DNA from: an uncultured bacterium
GTDB lineage: Bacteria; Patescibacteriota; Minisyncoccia; UBA6257; 2-01-FULL-56-20
DNA length: 64,000 nucleotides
Reading direction: 5' to 3'
Assembly: GCA_963705915.1 (NCBI GenBank)
Contig: OY970126.1
Span: 296,306-360,305 of the forward strand
Shown here: in pieces, positions 56,629 to 64,000 of the stretch
Position numbering within the stretch: the stretch's first letter is position 1
Layout: each line of letters opens with the position of its first letter
Translations under genes and position numbers: made by a program
Notes under the pieces: generated by a model
Seen by the model: only the letters and a program-made list of their open reading frames with translations
Told to the model about the DNA's origin: nothing
Databases searched by the model: none

Positions 56629-57660
56629 TTAACCGTGCCGAACTTCAAGGACGTCGCCGTCTTGGACGACGTAGTCTTTTCCTTCAACGCGAAGCCACCC
56701 CTTTTGCTTCGCGGCAGCCCAGTTCCCCGCAATGAGCAGCTTATCACACGCAACGACTTCAAGACGAATAAACTTTTTCTCAAAATCGGTATGAATGACA
56801 CCCGCTGCTTGCGGCGCCTTCGTTCCCTGCTCAATCGTCCATGCACGTGTCTCATCCTCGCCCGTCGTGAAGAAACTGATGAGGTTCAGCGTGGCATAGG
56901 CTTCGCGTACGAGCTCGGGAACTGATTGCGCCGACGAGAGGTCAATTACAATATGATGCGCGCCAAGCGACGCGAGCTTCTCGGTGAGCGCCTGCGGCAC
57001 GTCGGCCGGTGTTCCATTTAAAAGATAAATCTGCCGCTTGAGGGTGAGAAGGTTCACATCCTTCAGTCGTCCGGTAGTTGCAATCTCGTGCGCAATTTCG
57101 TTTGCGAGCGCGACGTCGGCAACCGGCAGTCGGCCGGCCTCAAGGCACGCCTTCAATCGTCCAAGCAATTCTTTGTCCTGTATCGCTTCTTTTTTTCCTG
57201 TGCGCGCTTCGGCTTCGGCCTTCGCAAATCGTTTTTCGACAAGCTCGAGGTCCTTCAAAATCAATTCCGCGTTGATAATCTCGAGGTCGCGCAACGGATC
57301 GACAGAATTTTCAACGTGGATAATTTCCGGATTCTGGAAGACGCGCAAAACGACCACGATCGCTTGCGTCTCCTTGATGTGGCCAAGAAATTGATTGCCG
57401 AGGCCTTCACCCTTATTGGCACCCTTCACGAGCCCTGCAATATCATAGAATTCAACAACCGCCGGGATTTTTTTCTTGGACTTGCTCATCAGAGCCAGCT
57501 TCTCGCCCCGGTCGTCGGGAACGGAAACAATGCCAACATTTGGATCAATCGTGGCAAAAGGATAATTTGCGATCGTAATATCCTGCTTGGTGAGAATTTT
57601 AAAAAGCGTTGATTTGCCAACGTTGGGGAGACCGACGATGCCAAGAGAAATTTTTGCCAT
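56629..57660 (-). CDS. ychF: redox-regulated ATPase YchF (Obg-family GTPase)
   Basis: ORF track 343 aa. GIVGLPNVGKSTLF P-loop and C-terminal TGS domain. Confidence 0.95.
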   Translation of the reverse strand: MAKISLGIVGLPNVGKSTLFKILTKQDITIANYPFATIDPNVGIVSVPDDRGEKLALMSKSKKKIPAVVEFYDIAGLVKGANKGEGLGNQFLGHIKETQAIVVVLRVFQNPEIIHVENSVDPLRDLEIINAELILKDLELVEKRFAKAEAEARTGKKEAIQDKELLGRLKACLEAGRLPVADVALANEIAHEIATTGRLKDVNLLTLKRQIYLLNGTPADVPQALTEKLASLGAHHIVIDLSSAQSVPELVREAYATLNLISFFTTGEDETRAWTIEQGTKAPQAAGVIHTDFEKKFIRLEVVACDKLLIAGNWAAAKQKGWLRVEGKDYVVQDGDVLEVRHG

Positions 57661-57670
57661 ATGGGTTGAA

Positions 57671-58651
57671 CTATATTACATCTTCATCAAAATTCAAAGT
57701 TAAAATCTCAGCGGCAATCTTTTTTGCATTCCCGTGTTTCAACATGCTGAGATATGATGTCACGCGTCCAGGTTTTGGATATTCTCCAATTCGCTTGAGC
57801 GCACGTCGTTTTGTTGCTGGGCGAAGCACTCTGTGATCGGGAAAACAAACCCAACCAAGAAAATCCACCCCCGACGCCCATGTCTTAATAGACACTTTGC
57901 GTGGATGCAGTGATAGCTTCAATGCCCGATCCAGAAAATCCGCGATATGTGGCATAAGGGCCTCGAGTTCAGTTTTGTCATCACCGAGGAACACGAAGTC
58001 GTCGGCGTAGCGAATATAATATTTCTTACGCAAATCATGCTTCACGTATCGATCAAACTCATTCACGTAAACGTTCACCAAAAGTTGCGATGTCAGATTG
58101 CCGAGGGGCAATCCCCGCTTTGGACTGCTTTCAAAACTATCGATCACTTTTCCGAGAAGCCACAGCGTACCCCTTTCGGGAATATGCCTCTCGATTACTT
58201 GCATCAATGACGAATGATCAACTGATGCGAAAAATTTTCGTATGTCGCATTTTAGAACCCAACACGTTCGAGTATTATTTTTTGACACCTTGCGAGCAAA
58301 ATCATAAAAGCGCCGCACGGCGCGATGGACACCCTTATTGTTACGGCAAGAATAGATATCGTGTACGAATTTCTTATCAAAATGTGGATATAGGATGCGA
58401 TAGATAGCGTGATGAAGGACTCTATCGCGAACGGTAGCTTTGTGGATGCTGCGTGGCTTTGGATCGCTGATGCCGAAAGCGTGATAAGCCCCGTGCTCGT
58501 AGATTTTATTTTTCAGGTCTTCGTGGAGTGCATATAAATTACTGGAAAGGTTGAGCGAAAACTCCGCCACGTCTTTCTTGGCCTTTTTGCCGCGCACGAA
58601 TTCCTGCCAAGCGGCACAGAGGTTTTCAAATGATATAATAGTTTCAAACAT
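57671..58651 (-). CDS. diversity-generating retroelement (DGR) reverse transcriptase
   Basis: ORF track ORF from 58720; the likely start is the internal Met at 58651 (MFETIISFENL...). RT motifs include YADDFVFLGDD and the DGR-RT-specific LPLGNLTSQLLVNVY (I/LGxxxSQ). It is collinear with the Bordetella phage BPP-1 bRT (EPKPR..., SDF.KFF.S.D, GI.FLG...H..LR). Confidence 0.85.
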   Translation of the reverse strand: MFETIISFENLCAAWQEFVRGKKAKKDVAEFSLNLSSNLYALHEDLKNKIYEHGAYHAFGISDPKPRSIHKATVRDRVLHHAIYRILYPHFDKKFVHDIYSCRNNKGVHRAVRRFYDFARKVSKNNTRTCWVLKCDIRKFFASVDHSSLMQVIERHIPERGTLWLLGKVIDSFESSPKRGLPLGNLTSQLLVNVYVNEFDRYVKHDLRKKYYIRYADDFVFLGDDKTELEALMPHIADFLDRALKLSLHPRKVSIKTWASGVDFLGWVCFPDHRVLRPATKRRALKRIGEYPKPGRVTSYLSMLKHGNAKKIAAEILTLNFDEDVI

Positions 58652-58667
58652 ATGAACGCAGGAAAAA

Positions 58668-59063
58668 ATGACAAGAATAGGGGGGGGGCAAATTTTACCA
58701 TCAACTCTCGTCAAGCTCAAAACCGCCTATAAGAATTGGCTCGCACTTTTCCATCATTTTCCAAAAGTGGAACGTTTCGGTGTCGGTCAGAAAATCGAGC
58801 GATCGTTTCTTGATGCACTTGAACTGATTTTTTTGTCGGGCTTTGCGCCCACCGAACAGAAACTCCCAATCCTGACAAAAGCAGTGACGCGGCTGGATGT
58901 TTTGAAATTCTTTTTGCAGATCGCTTGGGAAAATAAACTGCTTACAACCGAGCACTATTCCACTTTGCTCGCCAATATCGAGGAGGTCGGCAGAATGCTC
59001 TATGGCTGGAAAAGGGGCCTTGAAAGTAAAACTCCCGCGAGAAAAGCGGGAGAACCACAGTAG
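58668..59063 (+). CDS. avd: Avd-like four-helix-bundle protein (DGR accessory variability determinant), encoded antisense to RT/TR; contains G9 tract at codons 5-7
   Basis: ORF track 131 aa: ...LKTAYKNWLALFHHFPKVERFGVGQKIERSFLDALELIF...VLKFFLQIAWENKLLTTEHYSTLLANIEEVGRMLYGWKRGL. This matches the FPK.E+FG...EIG+ML.G pattern of TIGR02436/Avd proteins. An AGGA RBS lies 6 nt upstream. There is a GGGGGGGGG run at 58680..58688. Confidence 0.6.
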   Translation: MTRIGGGQILPSTLVKLKTAYKNWLALFHHFPKVERFGVGQKIERSFLDALELIFLSGFAPTEQKLPILTKAVTRLDVLKFFLQIAWENKLLTTEHYSTLLANIEEVGRMLYGWKRGLESKTPARKAGEPQ

Positions 59064-59171
59064 TTGCGAGAGAAGACGGGGTTGTCGTCGTTCCACCTGT
59101 TGTCGTCCAAGGCGTTGCATTCGCGTTCCAGCCGTCGTCGTTCCAGTTGACGTTGACCGTGCGAAGCACGC
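59064..59171 (-). repeat. DGR template repeat (TR)
   Basis: A 108-nt near-copy of 59527..59635. Read on the minus strand, every substitution maps to an A in this copy (A>G or A>T at about 14 sites, including the AAC codons), plus one 1-nt indel. Confidence 0.75.
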
Positions 59172-59488
59172 ACCACTCTCGTATATGCACCCATCCGTGC
59201 CACCACCCCTCGACGCATCTTGAGGTTGTATCGTATTCGGGACGTAGAAGTCCACCGAGTACATATACCAATTCCTGTTATATTTTTGGAAATGAGTTCC
59301 TGCACTCCCGCGCAAGACGTGTCCGACGCAGCTCTCGCAAAGAACCATCTCAAAGTCGTGACGAAAAAGCCATAGCCGTTCCGTATCGCACGATTTCAAA
59401 TTCAGTATAACAATTTATGTAAAGTATAAAAAATAATGACCCCTCCTGCGTTGCTTTGCAGAAAGGGGTCAAGGTGTCGAGGTTCCAA

Positions 59489-59505
59489 GGGGTCATTGAG
59501 ACCCC
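59489..59505 (-). other. GC hairpin (GGGGUC-ucaau-GACCCC) ~20 nt downstream of VR 3' end, as expected for DGR target-site cruciform/IMH-proximal structure
   Basis: Read directly. A second 7-bp stem (gacccct...aggggtc) follows at 59440-59473. Confidence 0.45.
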
Positions 59506-59519
59506 AGGGTTCCTAGTTG

Positions 59520-60164
59520 TCAGGAATTGCGAGAGAAGACGGGGTTGCCGTCGTTCCACCTGACGCCGTCCAAGGCGACGGCACCCGCGAACCAGCCGTC
59601 GTCGTTCCAGCCGACGTCGACCGCGCGAAGCACGCCTTCGCGATCGCGAACGTAAAAGATGTTTGCCCACCCATTATTGAGCAGGACACCTTCGCCGCCA
59701 TTCGCCTGACGCTCCATGAGTCGCCAGATTTCCGCGAGGGTAACTTCCGCAGCAGTTTCGCCACCAAGATCGGCGATGATCTCGCTGTCGTTCGCGCTCT
59801 GGGTTAGCGTGAGCGGTCGAAGCTCCCCTTCGGGAAAATCCTCCTCAACCTTGCCGCCGAACCAGCTCTTGAAGTTCGAGCCGTGTTCGACCATCTTGAC
59901 GCCAGATTTCTTGTTGAAGAAAGTTTTGTCCGCATTGAACGGGAGGCTCTCGGTCGGCGGGGGTGTCGGGATCGGTCGGAGAATTTTATAGATACGCTTC
60001 TCAACAGGCCCCTTCGGACGGTTCCGAATGGCCGCAACCATTGTTGCGATTGCGTCCTTCGGTTGTTGAAACACGAACTGCCCATCCGAGTTTGAAAGTG
60101 TCTTGAAGCAGGCTTGATGGGTCACGAGTTGCCCCATCATTGCAGGGATCTGTTGTTCAGTCAT
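59520..60164 (-). CDS. DGR target protein (214 aa, no signal peptide) with C-terminal VR encoding a CLec-like ...GWNDDGW...RWNDGN... ligand-binding tip
   Basis: ORF track ORF from 60272. The internal Met at 60164 is preceded by a strong AAGGAG RBS. The VR lies at the C-terminus. Confidence 0.75.
   Translation of the reverse strand: MTEQQIPAMMGQLVTHQACFKTLSNSDGQFVFQQPKDAIATMVAAIRNRPKGPVEKRIYKILRPIPTPPPTESLPFNADKTFFNKKSGVKMVEHGSNFKSWFGGKVEEDFPEGELRPLTLTQSANDSEIIADLGGETAAEVTLAEIWRLMERQANGGEGVLLNNGWANIFYVRDREGVLRAVDVGWNDDGWFAGAVALDGVRWNDGNPVFSRNS
59527..59635 (-). repeat. DGR variable repeat (VR) in the last ~38 codons of the target gene
   Basis: Pairs with the TR. It ends 5 nt before the target stop codon and encodes ...RAVDVGWNDDGWFAGAVALDGVRWNDGNPVFSRNS. 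Confidence 0.75.
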
Positions 60165-60366
60165 GGTATTTCTCCTTGTGACCGTTTCTACAGTACTCTG
60201 CTGTTGGATTTGGCGTATTGGTTTCGCCACAGCCCACAAAGGCTTACTCAAAGCCACTCTGGGCTGTAGCAAAATCTCCCTCTATCAATGTACTATGCCC
60301 ACATTATATACCATAATAACCCACTCTGTCAAGATCGCCATTCTTATCTCGTACTTACGCATGTCC

Positions 60367-60636
60367 TTATGAATGCGTCTCCACCGCCTCAAATGTTTCC
60401 GAAACTGCCTGGGTGGTATTCACAACTTTCACTTTTTCGTTTCCATATTTAGTTCTGAGCACAGTCATCAATTCGTCCGCGTATGATGGCGAGAGCACTT
60501 CAACACCGGTGAAATCCAAAACCACATCCTCCGTTTTGGCGGTCCCATTGACGATCTGCTGAATACGCAAAGCCGCCTCCCGTGCTACAGGACGGCCGTT
60601 GAGTACGGTATTAAATTTTGACATTTGGACGGTCAT
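60367..60636 (-). CDS. STAS-like (DUF4325-type) small protein, putative anti-sigma-antagonist-like partner of the upstream ATPase
   Basis: ORF track 89 aa: ...EDVVLDFTGVEVLSPSYADELMTVLRTKYG... resembles STAS/SpoIIAA-like folds. Starts 12 nt below the ATPase stop. Confidence 0.55.
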   Translation of the reverse strand: MTVQMSKFNTVLNGRPVAREAALRIQQIVNGTAKTEDVVLDFTGVEVLSPSYADELMTVLRTKYGNEKVKVVNTTQAVSETFEAVETHS

Positions 60637-60648
60637 TTGAGTGATTAC

Positions 60649-61473
60649 TTATTGCTTATATTTTACCACAAAAGATGCGAGAGTGCCGACGATAGGAAAT
60701 ACGGAGTGAGCCTTCTGTCCGTTCCCATCTACGACAACGAGACCAGATCCCGAATGGATACGTACTATACCATCAAATTTATTGATTGTCCAATCTTGGA
60801 TTACTTTCAATCCGTTGCCGCGCGACTCCCCCACTCTTCCCGTCACACCACTCATCCCTAGCACAATTGCATCCTCATCGCTCGCAATAGATTTATTCGC
60901 GGCACGCAGTGATCCACTGAAGCCGATTCCCGGATCGGCGACAACGATTTCAATACGATGCTTGTTCGGATTATGTTGCGCAAGAATGATCGCGCCACGA
61001 ATGCTCGATGGCCACTGTCCATCGTTGTGATCAAAAACGTTATTGCCGAGTTCGCCAACGAGCGCCGTCGCCCGCGCTTCATCCAATTCGTTCAATCCGA
61101 AATGCCTGAACATCCTCCGTATCTTTGACGAAAGTTGGGCCTCAAGCGCATCGCGGAATTCGCAATGTAGGATCTCACACACATCATCGCTATCGTGCTC
61201 GTTGATCTCTAAAGCGCGGAGGGGCCCCAAGAAAGAATTATACGTAAACTCCATTAAAATCTTATTAAAATGCATCCGCTTTAGGTACGTAAGCATGTCA
61301 GCATCCTTCGGCAGGACAAGGTTCTTGTCTGCCTGATCCTTGAATTCAATCCCCTTGAGGCATGCCAAACCAATGGCCCACGGGTCGAACCATGTTGCCT
61401 TTTCAAAATTAATCGTATGGCCCGGAAAAATTTCCTGATACCTCTTGTATATCGTGTCGAAGGTAATATCCAT
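60649..61473 (-). CDS. GHKL-superfamily ATPase (RsbW/SpoIIAB-like kinase domain) with ~130-aa N-terminal extension
   Basis: ORF track 274 aa. N-box ELGNNVFDHN, G1 VVADPGIGF, G2 RGNGL. Confidence 0.65.
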   Translation of the reverse strand: MDITFDTIYKRYQEIFPGHTINFEKATWFDPWAIGLACLKGIEFKDQADKNLVLPKDADMLTYLKRMHFNKILMEFTYNSFLGPLRALEINEHDSDDVCEILHCEFRDALEAQLSSKIRRMFRHFGLNELDEARATALVGELGNNVFDHNDGQWPSSIRGAIILAQHNPNKHRIEIVVADPGIGFSGSLRAANKSIASDEDAIVLGMSGVTGRVGESRGNGLKVIQDWTINKFDGIVRIHSGSGLVVVDGNGQKAHSVFPIVGTLASFVVKYKQ

Positions 61474-61737
61474 TGGCTCTATTTTAACACAGTGCCGTTC
61501 GGCGCTGGCATGGATCGTATAATTCTTCCTTTCTCATCACGACTCACGATCACCCGCGCGTAGCGCAGAAATGGCAGCTTTATTCGAAATTCAAAGGGAA
61601 TTACTGGTTTTTTGTTGTTATCGATTGTGTTCTCACGATGCCGATGGAGAGTTTCATAAGTAACAGATCTGAATCCAAGGAGTATTATATAAGGAAGCGG
61701 TCGAAAAGCAACCACACCCCGTGATATAAAAACTATT

Positions 61738-63051
61738 ATGAAAAAAATATTCTTATGTGCAGCGCTCTCCGCCTTCCTCGCGACGACGGCCGTGGGAGCA
61801 CACGTTTTTGCGCAGACAGCATCGGCGGGCGCGTCTCTCGGTTCGTCGATTTCGAGCGGTGCCATGCCACCGATATCGGCTTCGGGCAGCGGTTTTGTGC
61901 AGTTTAATAATCTGACGGTGCAAGCCGTTTCGGGAGCGTCGGCGCCGGCCACAATCACGGCGTCAGCGCAATTCTATCCTCAACTCCCACCGGGAGTCGG
62001 CGCCACCGTGCCGCTCAACGGCTCGACGGGCGTCTCCGTTGGCACGAGCGGCGCAGCAGGAAGTGCTGCAAGTGCGTGCTTAAAATATAATTCAGAAAAT
62101 GCTTCGACGGGCCTTGTGATCCCCTGCCCAATGACACCGCCAGTAAATCCGGGCGGGCCTTTGATCCCCGTGAGCAGCAGTTCGGCGAGCGCAGCAACAG
62201 GTGCAAGCATGCCAAACATCGCCGTTGCAGCTCCCTATCAAATCGATATTTCGACCAACACGGAGCTTATGTTCCGCGACCGGACGCCAGCAACCCTCGC
62301 CGACTTCGCGCAAGGTGACACTATCAACGTCTTCGGCTACTACAATGCCGACGGCAGCATCCAAGCCTATCTCGTACGCGATATCTCAAAACCGGTCGAG
62401 ACGCAGACAATGCAGCTCGATAACGTAACGCTCGCCTCACTCTCGGCTTCAAACGTACCCGCCACGCTCGAGGTGACGCAAGCGCAAGGCGCTCCGTGCC
62501 TTGGCTTCAGTGGAAACACCTCAGCCCAGATTGCTTGCCCGATGGGAGTCATGGCCTTCCCGGGGAATCCTGGCACGACAAGCGCAACCGCCCCAACCCC
62601 GAGTGGTGCAACACCGAACTTTGTACTCCTTCGAAAATATGTAGTGAACGTCGACAGCCAGACGATCATTCTCGACCGGAACCGGACGCAACTCTCGCTC
62701 GCGAGTCTCAATCCGGGCGATACGTTGAACGTGTACGGCGAGACAAGCGATAACGGCCAAACGATCGACGCCGATATCGTCCGCGACCTTTCCATCCCGC
62801 CCGCACCAAGTTCGGTGAACGGGACCGTTACCCAGGTGAACGCCGATGGGTCATTCGTTATACAGACAGATAACGGCCAGACGCTTACCGTGCAGAATCC
62901 AGTGAGCGTGGGAGAAACCGTGACACTCCAGGGCATGATTAACAGTGCTCAAAATCTCATCACTGAAATCTCGCGCCTCATGATCGCGAGCAGCACAGCG
63001 CCAATGCCCGTTCCACCCCAAAACGGACTTGAAATCCCAGCAAAGCGCTGA
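61738..63051 (+). CDS. secreted protein with repeated beta-barrel (DUF5666-like) modules
   Basis: ORF track 437 aa. Signal peptide MKKIFLCAALSAFLATTAVGAHVFA. Repeated D(T)INV(F/Y)G...DG(S/Q)...A..VRD(I/L)S motifs. Confidence 0.8.
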   Translation: MKKIFLCAALSAFLATTAVGAHVFAQTASAGASLGSSISSGAMPPISASGSGFVQFNNLTVQAVSGASAPATITASAQFYPQLPPGVGATVPLNGSTGVSVGTSGAAGSAASACLKYNSENASTGLVIPCPMTPPVNPGGPLIPVSSSSASAATGASMPNIAVAAPYQIDISTNTELMFRDRTPATLADFAQGDTINVFGYYNADGSIQAYLVRDISKPVETQTMQLDNVTLASLSASNVPATLEVTQAQGAPCLGFSGNTSAQIACPMGVMAFPGNPGTTSATAPTPSGATPNFVLLRKYVVNVDSQTIILDRNRTQLSLASLNPGDTLNVYGETSDNGQTIDADIVRDLSIPPAPSSVNGTVTQVNADGSFVIQTDNGQTLTVQNPVSVGETVTLQGMINSAQNLITEISRLMIASSTAPMPVPPQNGLEIPAKR

Positions 63052-63063
63052 CGATCTCTTCTT

Positions 63064-63936
63064 CTACTTCGGCTCTTCAAGTTCCTGGAGCGGCGGAGGC
63101 GCGACGCTCGGCGGTGTGTTCAAATCGATATCAGCCTGACCACCTGGACGGAATATAAACGTAAATCCGAACGGGTCCTGGGGAACTTCCGGAATAATTC
63201 CGGCGGTCACGAGCTCCTGGGTTGAGGTTGGATAACTACCGACGTGCTCCTTATAGATTTTCGCCGCCGCTTCAAGATAATCAAAAATCTCAAGCCGCGT
63301 CACATATGCTTCCGCCCGCTGCTTCGTCGCTTCGTCGTTCGTGGAACTCGCAATCGTCTCCCATAACTGTTCGGTCTCTGCCCGTTGATCGGTGCCTATA
63401 CCAAAGTTCAGTGCAAAACGCTCGGCGTATTCCGGTACGCCGGGCGTTCGTGCTGCCATGTCAAAATAGGTAAGCGCCGCCTGCTCGTTTTCGTCGTCCA
63501 AATAATAATCGATGGCCATGTAATACGGGATGCGCCAGTCGGGGTCGGCATTTTGCAATCCTTGCTGGCCTATCGCGAGCGCCGCGGTATCACTCGCTTC
63601 GCCCGGGAAACGGCCGGGCGGAACCGCCGGCAATGTGAGCACCGAGAACGCGTAGGGGTAGGCAAGCTTTGGATCGACTGAGATGACGTATTGCACGTCG
63701 GTCAGATATTCGGTGCGTCCGGCAAAAAGATCAATCACTTCGGGCATGGTACTCGCCCAGAGCGTTGAGGCGACCGTCGAATGGAACCCCATGTCGACGA
63801 GGCGGATAAATTCCGGCGACGTATAACTTGAGAGCGGTGCCGGCGTTGCGGCGCCTACAAGCGAACGGTCGTAGTCATATTGCAATATAACGATAATCGC
63901 AAGAAGCAGGACGATGACGAGCGGCTTTCGTGCCAT
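63064..63936 (-). CDS. membrane-anchored hypothetical protein
   Basis: ORF track ORF from 63990. The internal Met (MARKPLVIVLLLAIIVILQ) gives a signal-anchor N-terminus. Confidence 0.55.
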   Translation of the reverse strand: MARKPLVIVLLLAIIVILQYDYDRSLVGAATPAPLSSYTSPEFIRLVDMGFHSTVASTLWASTMPEVIDLFAGRTEYLTDVQYVISVDPKLAYPYAFSVLTLPAVPPGRFPGEASDTAALAIGQQGLQNADPDWRIPYYMAIDYYLDDENEQAALTYFDMAARTPGVPEYAERFALNFGIGTDQRAETEQLWETIASSTNDEATKQRAEAYVTRLEIFDYLEAAAKIYKEHVGSYPTSTQELVTAGIIPEVPQDPFGFTFIFRPGGQADIDLNTPPSVAPPPLQELEEPK

Positions 63937-64000
63937 GCTAAATCTCTTTTTTATTGAAAATCCAAACTCCGGCCGTGAGGAGGAGCGCAATATAAACTGC

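Noticed and set aside
57671-58720. RT as a group II intron maturase or a retron RT
   Set aside because: There is no intron RNA domain or X/maturase domain, and the protein is only ~330 aa. The LGNLTSQ motif plus the adjacent TR/VR pair point to a DGR instead.
58701-59399. 232-aa minus ORF spanning the TR and the antisense of avd
   Set aside because: Its N-terminal half is the TR read through (...RQQVERRQPRLLSQLL...). Its C-terminal half lacks Avd features. The plus-strand ORF carries the FPK.E.FG / EVGRML Avd signature and an RBS.
59350-59670. 106-aa minus ORF (RSRRRASRGRRR...)
   Set aside because: It is an out-of-frame read of the VR region of the DGR target gene.
61479-61958. 159-aa minus ORF overlapping the start of the 61738..63051 secreted-protein gene
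   Set aside because: It overlaps a well-supported signal-peptide gene on the other strand, and its composition is Ala/Arg-rich antisense-like.

Overview
This 64-kb window is gene-dense and almost every large gene is on the minus strand. It looks like a reduced-genome bacterium, possibly a Patescibacteria/CPR-like or similar uncultured lineage. That placement is inference only. Supporting observations are a short SMC (736 aa), a short HrcA (225 aa), giant low-complexity secreted proteins, an O-antigen-ligase/TPR fusion and a DGR.

Content by region:
- 1..14138: a run of minus-strand secreted or cell-surface genes. These include an adjacent cohesin-like/dockerin-like pair, two paralogous Ser/Thr-rich proteins, a 1340-aa Gly-rich giant protein, a Wzy-like membrane protein with C-terminal TPRs, and a 1251-aa repeat protein.
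- 14261..28528: sodA, tRNA-Gln, a kdpF(x2)ABC operon followed by a truncated kdpD (N-terminal domain plus USP only, no kdpE), trmB, a DEAD-box helicase and a VOC-family enzyme. Then lexA-cyoE-cyoA-cyoB-cyoC-cyoD, where cyoB is split by a 1-nt frameshift in a T5/A5 run.
- 29273..39389: a 600-bp ORF-free gap with a candidate structured RNA, an ECF sigma/anti-sigma pair with an ECF-type promoter, a thioredoxin-like/VKOR disulfide pair, a dienelactone hydrolase and a metallophosphoesterase. A marR-hlyD-hlyD-MFS(EmrB-like) efflux operon and a membrane dipeptidase follow.
- 39406..57660: tRNA-Ala, smc-rnc-nusB-rpmF-rnhB, tRNA-Lys, GH1 beta-glucosidase, a GNAT protein, hrcA-grpE-dnaK-(membrane protein)-dnaJ with a CIRCE-like element, corA, cysS, dnaB, recR and ychF.
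- 57671..60164: a diversity-generating retroelement. It has a DGR-type reverse transcriptase, an Avd-like four-helix-bundle gene on the opposite strand carrying a G9 tract, and a 108-nt TR/VR pair with exclusively adenine-specific differences in the C-terminus of a 214-aa target with no signal peptide.
- 60367..63990: next to the DGR is a GHKL-ATPase/STAS-like two-gene module, then two further secreted/membrane proteins.

The most unusual observation is the shared layout of the tRNA-Ala and tRNA-Lys loci. At both, the intact tRNA is bracketed by an 18-19-nt inverted repeat and by a 5' and a 3' partial copy of the same tRNA, with a hairpin after the 5' copy.
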